NCBI GenBank assembly: GCA_944390285.1
Contig: CALXPN010000003.1
Location: 114,285 to 178,284 of the forward strand
Direction of reading: 5' to 3'
DNA: 64,000 nucleotides
Origin: an uncultured Clostridia bacterium
Lineage (GTDB): Bacteria; Bacillota; Clostridia; TANB77; CAG-508
Position numbers and translations under genes: made by a program. Each line of letters begins with the position of its first letter. Position 1 is the first letter of the stretch. Under the pieces are notes generated by a model. That model was not told the origin of the DNA and made no database searches. It saw only the letters and a list, made by a program, of their open reading frames with translations. Below, piece by piece: positions 40,048 to 49,152 of this stretch.

Positions 40048-41197
40048 GTACTATTTCTCCCATTTCTATTGAATAAACATTTTGACATTTACTATTAGCA
40101 TTTTCGTATATATTAAAATATTTTTTCCACTCAATAACAGCTATTGTTGCATTTAGAGCATTGCATTCTGCAATTTGAATATTTGTATTATATACATCGT
40201 CTCCATCCTCGTCAAAATCAATATATGTAGAAATTCTATCATAATTATTTTTGTCAAACACAGTAGTTCTTATCAGTCCATTTATAGTATCATTTATATT
40301 TTGTAATCCTATTCCAGTATCTATAAATGGTATTTTTTCTGATACAAGGTAATCTACTATTAAATTCCTTGCTATTCCTGAATCAATGCTTATAAATACA
40401 AAATCCATATCTTTTAATATATTGACATTTTCTTCATTAATAAATATGTCATGCTCTATTATATTCTTATACATATTTTGATATATTTCTTTAAAGTAGC
40501 ATACTTTTGATAAACTTTTTGTAAATATTTCTTTACTTGCTGCTCCTGGACTTCTAAAAGCATTATGTTGACAAAATACATCTCCATCAATCAAATGTAT
40601 TTCTTTGACATTAGTTTTTGAAACTAAATCAAGTATATATGTTCCAGTTCCTCCAAGTCCAATAATTGCTATTTTTTTATCTAATATTTTTTTATTGCAA
40701 TTATCAATTCCAGCCCTTGAAGAATTTGTGTCTACATATTGAAATACTGAATCTTCTTCTGTCACCACTTTTTTAAATGTTCTTGCCGTTACTGAATTAT
40801 CTTTATCTATAGCTCTAGAAGAAATTATGTTTATATAATTCACAAATTTTTCATAATAGTCTTTATAATTTTCATTTGGTTTATTTGAAAATGAGCGTTT
40901 TACATTTATTCCAGCCAAAATCGAATTGCTGACACTATGCTTTATTTGCTTGATTTCTGTACCATCTGCATTACAAGGTTGATCTCCTGAAAAATATATA
41001 ACATGGTCTCCATTATATTTAGCCTTATCACCTTCAAACGCAATTTTTGACACTAACGTACCATAATCTATTTCTCCATTTGCTTTCAAGTATGGAATAT
41101 GGGAAACAATCCCATATCCACTTTTTACATCTATTTCATATCCTTCATTCTGAAGTTTTTTTAAGTCATCACTATGATTTATTAGTTCTTGTGACAT
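40037..41197 (-). CDS. E2-like/E1 (ThiF/MoeB-type adenylyltransferase) fusion protein of a bacterial ubiquitin-like conjugation system
   Basis: C-terminal Rossmann block KKIAIIGLGGTGTYILDLV...IHLIDGDVFCQHNAFR (ThiF nucleotide-binding and Arg motif); candidate catalytic Cys in AECNAL; ~170-aa N-terminal extra domain with a conserved Cys (DQPCNADG), consistent with an E2-like fold. Confidence 0.65.
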   Translation of the reverse strand: MSQELINHSDDLKKLQNEGYEIDVKSGYGIVSHIPYLKANGEIDYGTLVSKIAFEGDKAKYNGDHVIYFSGDQPCNADGTEIKQIKHSVSNSILAGINVKRSFSNKPNENYKDYYEKFVNYINIISSRAIDKDNSVTARTFKKVVTEEDSVFQYVDTNSSRAGIDNCNKKILDKKIAIIGLGGTGTYILDLVSKTNVKEIHLIDGDVFCQHNAFRSPGAASKEIFTKSLSKVCYFKEIYQNMYKNIIEHDIFINEENVNILKDMDFVFISIDSGIARNLIVDYLVSEKIPFIDTGIGLQNINDTINGLIRTTVFDKNNYDRISTYIDFDEDGDDVYNTNIQIAECNALNATIAVIEWKKYFNIYENANSKCQNVYSIEMGEIVHED

Positions 41198-41429
41198 TTA
41201 TTCTCATCCCCTTCTTAACCATAACTACTTGTCCTTTAAGTAAAAAACCATTAGGTTTATTATTATTTCCTTTAAAATAAATTACAGTATAAATTACAGT
41301 TTCACTATCTTCATAATGTCCAAAAGCTAATTTTATAACTTCCTCATATGAAATTTTATCCTTTACTACCTCTTTTTCTTCACCATTAATGTAAATGGTG
41401 ATTTTATGTTTATTTTTTTCTTCTAACAT
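41172..41429 (-). CDS. ubiquitin-like beta-grasp protein (85 aa)
   Basis: KITIYINGEEKEVVKDKISYEEVIKLAF...GQVVMVKKGMRINV resembles ThiS/MoaD/prokaryotic Ubl; 26-nt overlap with the E2/E1 gene. No C-terminal Gly-Gly. Confidence 0.55.
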   Translation of the reverse strand: MLEEKNKHKITIYINGEEKEVVKDKISYEEVIKLAFGHYEDSETVIYTVIYFKGNNNKPNGFLLKGQVVMVKKGMRINVTRTNKS

Positions 41430-41651
41430 TTTTATTACCTCTTTTCTGTTATTTTTTCATCGATTGATTTAGGCATACAAAAAGACCTCCTTCTTAAAAA
41501 ATTTTAGAAAAGGTCTTTACATTTTATCCGATAAATGTTAGAATTATATCAATCGATGGTTTATTATAACTTTTAGCGGAGTAAAATAAACCTTTTCTAA
41601 TTAGTTAGGTTTTGCCGAACCTAACTTTTTTATGTTATTTTGAATAACAAA

Positions 41652-42224
41652 CTATATTATACTTTCATAAATATATTGCTTTCCTCCTGTTGGTGCATCT
41701 TCCATTCTTCTTTTTAACAACCCCAGTTTATATAAAGTTGTTGTCCTATTATTAATAACTTGAACAGTAGTATTTAATATATCTGCTAATGTTCTTGAAT
41801 CTGCTTTTTTCTTTTCATATAGCACTTTAAATATGTCTTTTAAACCATTACTACATTTACCAAGTATTTCATAAGTATCCTGTTCTAATAAATTTATACA
41901 GAATAATTCTTGTCTATCTAATGCTACATTAATATTTTCTCTAACTTCATTTTCTGCATTACTAATAATAATATGTTTTCCTATTAAATCAGCTTGTAAT
42001 CTTGAAATCGGAATACAAATCAAATCACTAGCCGCTGAAAAATCAATCATTGTAATTTGTTTAAAGTCCATAACTAAAACATCATCCATAGATTCATTCC
42101 ATTTTTTTAAAATTATATTTCTATAATTTCTAGCATTTTCATGTCCCCAAATTAGATTTTTGTTAGTTAATTCATATAAATTTATTATAAACATAAAATT
42201 TACTCCCTTTCTGGTAAATCTCAT
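41652..42224 (-). CDS. DUF4325 (STAS-like) domain protein with C-terminal HTH
   Basis: 190 aa; usual partner of the upstream histidine-kinase-like ATPase; wHTH-like TLADILNTTVQVINNRTTTLYKLGLL. Confidence 0.5.
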   Translation of the reverse strand: MRFTRKGVNFMFIINLYELTNKNLIWGHENARNYRNIILKKWNESMDDVLVMDFKQITMIDFSAASDLICIPISRLQADLIGKHIIISNAENEVRENINVALDRQELFCINLLEQDTYEILGKCSNGLKDIFKVLYEKKKADSRTLADILNTTVQVINNRTTTLYKLGLLKRRMEDAPTGGKQYIYESII

Positions 42225-42274
42225 TTTGTTTACGAGATTATTATACTAATATTTTTTCCATTTGTCAATATATT

Positions 42275-43132
42275 TTATAAATTTATGCAAAAATTCACAT
42301 GTGTTCCTTCTAAATCATAAATTTTCATACTTTCTCTTTGGTTTTTACCTCTTATATATTCAGAAGAATAAAATCCATCTCTTGAAATTATAAAGAAATT
42401 CATTTTTCTTTCTGTAGATAAATTATTTAAACAATAAAATCCATTTCCTCTAAATTTATCATCTTCACTGTTAATATAATTTTTTTCAGTGAAAATATAT
42501 TTCATAGTCTCTTCATTATTTTTAAAAACTCCTACGTATTTTTTGTTTTTTGCTAATGCTTCTTTAATTCCTATTCCAAAATCTGCAATACTAATCATCA
42601 ATTCCGATTGATATTTTTGCATTGCAAATATGCATCCATCTCTACTATTACTGTGATCTATAGCATTCTGAAAAATTTCTACTAATACTGTAAATATTTT
42701 ACTTATTTCGTCTTCTACTATATTTTTGTTTTTTAACCATGAAATTATTTTTTCTATAATTAATTCAACATCATCATTATTATGAATTACTTGAAGTGGT
42801 ATATATTCTTTATCATCACTAATATTAGGAACGCTATGTAATTTAGAAATTATATTTAATCCATTATATTTCACATTTGCAAATTTTTTAATGTAATCAA
42901 CAAATCCTGATATATGTAAATAATTTGATACATCTAAATTACGAGGCATTATGACTGACATTTTATTACAATTATTAAATTCCTTTTTTAATAATAATGT
43001 CATTGAAACAATACCAAATATATCTGCAAATTTAATTTCTGATATATCAATACAATTATCTATTTGTTTCTGATTTAAATCAATTATTCCTTTTAAGAAT
43101 CCTTTTTTATTCAACTTATATTCTATTTTCAT
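42275..43132 (-). CDS. GHKL/histidine-kinase-like ATPase (anti-sigma-factor-like ATP-binding protein)
   Basis: IFQNAIDHSNS...ISIADFGIGIKE matches the N-box and G-box of the HATPase_c fold. Confidence 0.55.
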   Translation of the reverse strand: MKIEYKLNKKGFLKGIIDLNQKQIDNCIDISEIKFADIFGIVSMTLLLKKEFNNCNKMSVIMPRNLDVSNYLHISGFVDYIKKFANVKYNGLNIISKLHSVPNISDDKEYIPLQVIHNNDDVELIIEKIISWLKNKNIVEDEISKIFTVLVEIFQNAIDHSNSRDGCIFAMQKYQSELMISIADFGIGIKEALAKNKKYVGVFKNNEETMKYIFTEKNYINSEDDKFRGNGFYCLNNLSTERKMNFFIISRDGFYSSEYIRGKNQRESMKIYDLEGTHVNFCINL

Positions 43133-43157
43133 TTTTCTTTGCTATTTTATATACCTC

Positions 43158-46100
43158 TTATTTCTTATATTCTTCCTCTTCCTCAGCAACCATTGCTAAA
43201 TTATTATTATTTTCTTCATCTGTAATATCATATTGTATATCATTATTTCCATCTTCATTTGAACTATTTATTCCAAAATACTTTTCAAAGAATTTCTTTA
43301 TCTTATCAATTATCGTTTGTTTCTTTTCTGCTCTATTGCCTCCTCCAAATCTTCTCATTGGTGGTAATATTTTTTCTATATCTGTACCTGTTGTTTTAAC
43401 TTCTCCATCTCTAAAGGAATTATCTAAGAATTTTCTTGTTTCTTTCTCATTTAAGTTTTCTTCCTTAATCAAATTTTCTAAATCTATTTCTTTTTGTTGT
43501 TTTACAAATTTAGCCCAATCTTTATAAACATTTGTATCTGCATTTATCTTTGAAATGAATTTGTCTATCAACTCTTTCTTTGAACGAAGTGCTAAACTTG
43601 ATTTTATTGCTTTCTCAATAGAACCTAATATTTCTTTATCTTCGCAATTTGAATCATGGTATTTAGCTACTAACATCAAAATATAATCTATATTTACTTC
43701 TACTTGCTTTACAAGTTCCATTTCAAATACTATATCTTCTTTAATACTTTCCTCTTCTTCTGGTCTTGATTTGTATTCTTCATATAAGTCAGTATATGTT
43801 CCAATATAGTCTTGAAAATCTCTTTCTGATAATATTTCATTTCCTGCAAATTTATCAAATGAAGATAATATGTTTCTAAGTCTTAAAATATTTCCCATTA
43901 GTACAATAAAGTCTTTCTTATTTTGTTCTCCTATTATCTGCACTCCTAAAGGATATTTTTGTATCAACATAGCTATTCTTTCTTCATACCCTATATGTTT
44001 TCTTCCTTTATCATCTTCATATCCATAATAATAATCTTCATAAGATTTTAATAATACGATTCCCTTTGCATTTTTATCTCCAAATAATGCAATAGCATCA
44101 TTTGTGGCTTCTTCTAAATCTCTAAAGCATACAATATTTCCATAAGCTTTTACAGAATTTAATATACGATTTGTTCTTGAATATGCTTGTATCAATCCAT
44201 GTTGTTTTAAGTTTTTATCTACCCATAGCGTATTTAATGTTGTTGCATCAAATCCCGTCAAAAACATATTTACTACTATTAGCAAATCCACTTCTCTATT
44301 TTTTACCCTATCGGATAAGTCTTTATAATAGTCTTGGAATCCATTCCCCTCTGATGAAAAATTTGTTTTAAATTTCTTATTATATTCCCCTATAGCAAAA
44401 TCTAAAAACTCTTTTGAACTTTGATCTAGTAAGTCTGTTTCAAATTCTTCATCTTCTAATATTCCATTACTATTATCTTCCTCATTAGGTGCATATGAAT
44501 ATATTGTTGCAATGGTCAAATCTTTATGTTTTTCTTCTAATTGTTTTTTGAACTCTAAATAATATTTTTTAGCCATTGGAATTGAACTTACAGCAAATAT
44601 TGAGTTAAATCCATTTACTCTTTGTCCCTTTAAATCATAGAATGAATTTCTTTTTGTTTTTTGGTCAAAATGGTCTATTATATATTCTACTATTTTACTT
44701 ACTCTTTCATGTGATGACAACGCTTCTTCTGTATTTATTGCTGCTACTTCTTTATCTGTCATTCCCTCTTTTTCTTTTACTGTATTTACATAGTCTATTC
44801 TAAATGGTAATACATTTCCATCATTAATTGCATCAACGATTGTATATGTATGTAATTTATCACCAAAAGCTTGCTCTGTTGTGCAAAAATTTGGATTTGA
44901 TTTATTTACAGCATTTTTGGCAAATATTGGAGTTCCTGTAAATCCAAACAAATGATAATTTTTAAAATTCTTAACTATCATCTGGTGCATGTCACCAAAT
45001 TGAGAACGATGGCATTCATCAAATATCAATACTAAATGTTTTTGATATGCTGGATGATTTTTATTTCTTTTTGCAAATTCGCTAAGTTTTTGTATTGTTG
45101 TAACTATAATTCTTGATGTCTCATCTTCTAATTGTTTTTGTAAAATCTTTGTATTTCTATTTCCATTTGCTGCACCTTTTTGAAATCTATCATATTCTTT
45201 CATTGTTTGATAATCTAAGTCTTTTCTATCTACAACAAACAGAACTTTATCTATATAATCTAAATTTGTTGCAAGTTGTGCTGTTTTAAATGATGTAAGT
45301 GTTTTCCCTGAACCTGTTGTATGCCATATATATCCACCTGCTTCAATGGTACCCATCTTTTTATAATTTGTAGAAACTTCTATTCTATTTAAAATTCTTT
45401 CTGTTGCAACTATTTGATAAGGTCTCATTACAAGTAACATGTTCTCTGATGTAAATACACAATATTTGGTTAATATATTTAATATTGTATGTTTTGAAAA
45501 GAATGTTCTTGTAAAATCAACCAAATCATGAATTATCTTATTATTACTATCTGCCCAATAAGAGGTAAATTCAAAACTATTACTTGTTTTTTTGCTTTTA
45601 TTTCTAGTACAATTCTTTTCTTTTACATGATTTTCTCTTGTTGTATTTGAATAATATTTTGTATTTGTACCATTAGAAATCACAAATATTTGTACATATT
45701 CATAAAGTCCACTTCCTGCCCAATAACTTTCTTTTTGATATCTATTTATTTGATTAAATGCTTCTTTTAAAGCAACTCCTCTTCTTTTTAATTCTATATG
45801 TACTAATGGAAATCCGTTTACAAGTATTGTTACATCATATCTATTTTTATAACTTCCATCTTTTTCTTCATATTGATTTATAACTTGTAGTCTATTATTA
45901 TGAATACATTTTTTATCTATTAATGTAATATTTTTACTTGTTCCATCATCTCTTTTTAGTACCTGAATATTATCTTCTTGTATCTTTCTTGTTTTTTCAA
46001 CTATTCCATCATTATTATTACAAATATTATCATTAAAGAATTTTTCCCATTCACTATCTGTGAATGTATATTTATTTAATAATTCTAATTGTTTACGCAA

Positions 46101-46286
46101 ATTTCTTATAAGTGTATTAGAATCGTGTATTTGTAAATAATCATAGCCTTGTTCTTGTAGCATTTCTATAAATTCTTTTTCTAATTCTGCTTCACTTTGA
46201 TATGAATCAGAACGTTTTTGCATTGGCTTATATTCAGTTACTACTGTTGAATTACTCATTTCCATTACTACATTATATTTACTCAT
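43158..46286 (-). CDS. hsdR: type I restriction enzyme R subunit
   Basis: 1042 aa; Walker A HTTGSGKTLTS; DEAD-box IFDECHRSQ; typical HsdR N-terminal nuclease region. Confidence 0.9.
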   Translation of the reverse strand: MSKYNVVMEMSNSTVVTEYKPMQKRSDSYQSEAELEKEFIEMLQEQGYDYLQIHDSNTLIRNLRKQLELLNKYTFTDSEWEKFFNDNICNNNDGIVEKTRKIQEDNIQVLKRDDGTSKNITLIDKKCIHNNRLQVINQYEEKDGSYKNRYDVTILVNGFPLVHIELKRRGVALKEAFNQINRYQKESYWAGSGLYEYVQIFVISNGTNTKYYSNTTRENHVKEKNCTRNKSKKTSNSFEFTSYWADSNNKIIHDLVDFTRTFFSKHTILNILTKYCVFTSENMLLVMRPYQIVATERILNRIEVSTNYKKMGTIEAGGYIWHTTGSGKTLTSFKTAQLATNLDYIDKVLFVVDRKDLDYQTMKEYDRFQKGAANGNRNTKILQKQLEDETSRIIVTTIQKLSEFAKRNKNHPAYQKHLVLIFDECHRSQFGDMHQMIVKNFKNYHLFGFTGTPIFAKNAVNKSNPNFCTTEQAFGDKLHTYTIVDAINDGNVLPFRIDYVNTVKEKEGMTDKEVAAINTEEALSSHERVSKIVEYIIDHFDQKTKRNSFYDLKGQRVNGFNSIFAVSSIPMAKKYYLEFKKQLEEKHKDLTIATIYSYAPNEEDNSNGILEDEEFETDLLDQSSKEFLDFAIGEYNKKFKTNFSSEGNGFQDYYKDLSDRVKNREVDLLIVVNMFLTGFDATTLNTLWVDKNLKQHGLIQAYSRTNRILNSVKAYGNIVCFRDLEEATNDAIALFGDKNAKGIVLLKSYEDYYYGYEDDKGRKHIGYEERIAMLIQKYPLGVQIIGEQNKKDFIVLMGNILRLRNILSSFDKFAGNEILSERDFQDYIGTYTDLYEEYKSRPEEEESIKEDIVFEMELVKQVEVNIDYILMLVAKYHDSNCEDKEILGSIEKAIKSSLALRSKKELIDKFISKINADTNVYKDWAKFVKQQKEIDLENLIKEENLNEKETRKFLDNSFRDGEVKTTGTDIEKILPPMRRFGGGNRAEKKQTIIDKIKKFFEKYFGINSSNEDGNNDIQYDITDEENNNNLAMVAEEEEEYKK

Positions 46287-46289
46287 AAC

Positions 46290-47494
46290 TTACTCCTTAT
46301 TTTCTACTTTTAATTCTTTGAAATTTAATAATTTATCTCTATAATATTCATATTGCTTTTGTCTTGCCTCTATTTCAGCAGGTAACCCCTCTGAAATATC
46401 ATTAGTTAATTTTTCAAATTTATCTAAAATTTCTACTATTTTTTGTTGAATCTCCAACGGAATCATTGGCACAGCAAATTCATTTAGCATAGGCTTTCTA
46501 ATAGAAGTAACAGATGAATTAAAAGATCTTTCCATTATATATTTGTAAAATTTAGCTTTCATATAATAATACACAAATTCTGTACTAAATTCGTTATTTA
46601 AAATATGTATTCTATATGCTCTTTGATGTAGTGCGTACTTTCCATTTATTAAATGAAATATCTTTCCGACTCCTACGCCATCACCAGAAGTAATTATTGC
46701 TTTTTCATCAAATTCATAAGTATCTTTATATCTAACTATAGGAGAACGAACATAAAAAGGGTATTTACCAATTTTTAATTCTTCGTTTGTATTACTGCTA
46801 CCTGTTCCTATTTCAGCAATATCTATTAATTTTATATATTCTATTTTTTGTCTATAGAAGTATCCGTGTGTGTGTGTGTGTGTACAGCGCCAAAGGTTTC
46901 ATTGTTTTCAAAATTTAATAGTTTGTCTCTATAATATTCATATTGTTTTTGTCGAGCTTTCAACTCGGCTGAAAGCTCGGCTGAAAGCTCGGCTGAAAGC
47001 TCGGCTGAAAGTAAGATGAAATCGTCCAAAACATGGACAATTTCATCTTGTACCTCCAACGGAGGTACAGCAATCTGAAGCTTTCTAAAATCACCCTGAT
47101 TTAATTTTGGTATATTTCCATGAATTAAACTTGTTACATTAATTGTTTGAATATAATGATATAAATATCTTAAAGAAACTCCTTCTATTTCTTCAATAAT
47201 ATGTGCATGATTATTTACCCATATTTTTCCTTCAGCCCATGTTACTATCGGATTTCCATTTTCATTTATAACAGAACCATCTTCTCCAACTAATACATAT
47301 TTTCCATCAAATATGTAGTCAGCTACATAATCTTGAATTCCATTAGCTCCGTAATATGGATATTCTCCTGCTTTTCTTGCAGACTTTGTAACAGGTTTCC
47401 TTTTATTATCTAATATGTTACAGCATTTTTCCAAATCTAAAAATTTTACACCATTTGGACATTTATTTTTTATTAAATCATCAATTCTTCCCAT
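46290..47494 (-). CDS. hsdS: type I R-M specificity subunit, split into two reading frames at a (GT)9 tract (TRD1+central region 46841..47494; TRD2+distal region 46290..~46898)
   Basis: Upstream ORF ends ...ARQKQYEYYRDKLLNFENNETFGAVHTHTHTDTSIDKK*. Downstream frame is open from 46898 and ends with the repeated conserved block EARQKQYEYYRDKLLNFKELK. The two frames differ by one, so (GT)8 or (GT)11 would fuse them. Confidence 0.8.
46866..46883. repeat. (GT)9 dinucleotide tract at the hsdS TRD1/TRD2 junction
   Basis: gtgtgtgtgtgtgtgtgt read directly; both hsdS frames are open across it. Confidence 0.9.
46964..47011. repeat. 4 x 12-bp tandem repeat (ctcggctgaaag) encoding SAEL x4 in the hsdS central conserved region
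   Basis: Direct reading; encodes LSAELSAELSAELSAEL, analogous to the TAEL spacer repeats of EcoR124I/II. Confidence 0.9.
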
Positions 47495-47495
47495 T

Positions 47496-49055
47496 TTACA
47501 CCTCTATCTCTGCAATTATTTTAGCTATTTCAATACGAAGTTTATTTTCTCTCTCAACAATTTCATCTATTTCTTTGTTTAATTCAACAATATCAATTTT
47601 TTCTCTTATATCTTCTTTTTCTACATAAGTTGCAACTGATAAATTATAATCATTTTGGGCAATTTCTTCATTCAATACTATTTTTGCAATATGTTCCTTA
47701 TCCACTCTATTTTTAAATATCTCTATAATATTATTTATATTTTCATCTGTTAATTTATTATTATTTGTTACCTTAACACATTCATTTGTTGCATCTATAA
47801 ATAATGTGCTATTATCTTTTTTACTTTTCTTTAATACCATTATACAAGTTGCTATACTTGTTCCAAAGAATAAATTATCAGGTAATTGAATAATACAATC
47901 TACAAAGTTATTATCAATTAAGTATCTTCTTATTTTTTGTTCTGCTCCACCTCTATATAAAATTCCAGGAAAACATACTATTGATGCAGTACCATTAGTT
48001 GCTAACCAAGATAAAGAGTGCATTATAAATGCAAAGTCTGCTTTTGATTTAGGCGCTAATATTCCTGCTGGAGAATATCTTGGATCATTTATTAGAAGTG
48101 GATTATCGTTTCCAGCCCATTTAATAGAATATGGTGGATTTGATACTATTACTTCGAATGGTTCATCATCCCAATGTTGTGGATTAGTTAATGTATCTTC
48201 ACAAGCTATATCAAATTTATCATACCCTATATCATGTAAAAACATATTTATTCTACATAAATTATATGTAGTTAAATTTATTTCTTGTCCATAAAAACCG
48301 TTTCTTACATTTTCTTTTCCTAGTATTTTAGCAGATTTTAAAAGTAATGAACCTGATCCACAAGCTGGATCATATACTTTATTAACAGATTTTTTACCTA
48401 CTACTGCAAGTCTTGTTAGTAATTCACTTACCTCTTGAGGTGTAAAAAATTCTCCTCCTGACTTTCCTGCATTTGATGCATACATAGACATTAAATATTC
48501 ATAAGCATCACCAAACGCATCTATTAAATTATCTTTATAATTATTTAATTTAATATCTGCAATACCGTTTAATATTTTTACCAATTTATCATTTCTTTTA
48601 GCTACTGTTGCTCCTAATTTATTACTATTTACATCTATATCGTCAAATAATCCTGCAAAATCTTCTTCACTTTCTGCTCCTTTTGCAGAATTTTCTATAT
48701 CATTAAATACTCTTTCTAACGTTTCATTTAAGTTTTCATCATTTTTTGCCCTTTTACAAACATTGCAAAATAATTCTGAAGGTAATATAAAAAATCCTTT
48801 TTCTTTTACTAATTCTTCTCTTTGTGTTTCTGCAATTTCATCTGGTAATTTTGTATAATCAAAATCTTTATCTCCAGCTTTTCTTTCTCCTTCATTTATA
48901 TAATCTGTTATATTTTCTGAAATATATCTATAAAACATCATTCCCAATATATATTGTTTAAAGTCCCATCCGTCAACAGAACCTCTCAAATCATCAGCTA
49001 TTGCCCATATCTTTTTGTGTAATTCTTCTCTTTCTCTCGTATTTTTGTTATCCAT
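47496..49055 (-). CDS. hsdM: type I R-M N6-adenine DNA methyltransferase subunit
   Basis: HsdM N-terminal domain; SAM motif DPACGSGSLL; catalytic NPPY (VSNPPYSIKW). Confidence 0.9.
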   Translation of the reverse strand: MDNKNTREREELHKKIWAIADDLRGSVDGWDFKQYILGMMFYRYISENITDYINEGERKAGDKDFDYTKLPDEIAETQREELVKEKGFFILPSELFCNVCKRAKNDENLNETLERVFNDIENSAKGAESEEDFAGLFDDIDVNSNKLGATVAKRNDKLVKILNGIADIKLNNYKDNLIDAFGDAYEYLMSMYASNAGKSGGEFFTPQEVSELLTRLAVVGKKSVNKVYDPACGSGSLLLKSAKILGKENVRNGFYGQEINLTTYNLCRINMFLHDIGYDKFDIACEDTLTNPQHWDDEPFEVIVSNPPYSIKWAGNDNPLLINDPRYSPAGILAPKSKADFAFIMHSLSWLATNGTASIVCFPGILYRGGAEQKIRRYLIDNNFVDCIIQLPDNLFFGTSIATCIMVLKKSKKDNSTLFIDATNECVKVTNNNKLTDENINNIIEIFKNRVDKEHIAKIVLNEEIAQNDYNLSVATYVEKEDIREKIDIVELNKEIDEIVERENKLRIEIAKIIAEIEV

Positions 49056-49152
49056 TTCTCTTACCTCTTATTTTATAATTTCTTATTATTTTATATCATA
49101 AAAAGTCATTTTTCACAATAATTCTGCATTATTTTACAATTTTCTTTTATTT

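Noticed and set aside
46960-47015. A short tandem repeat array considered as a possible CRISPR or minisatellite
   Set aside because: The units are contiguous 12-mers with no spacers and lie in-frame inside hsdS, so this is a coding SAEL repeat. No CRISPR-like repeat-spacer array or cas genes occur anywhere in the window.
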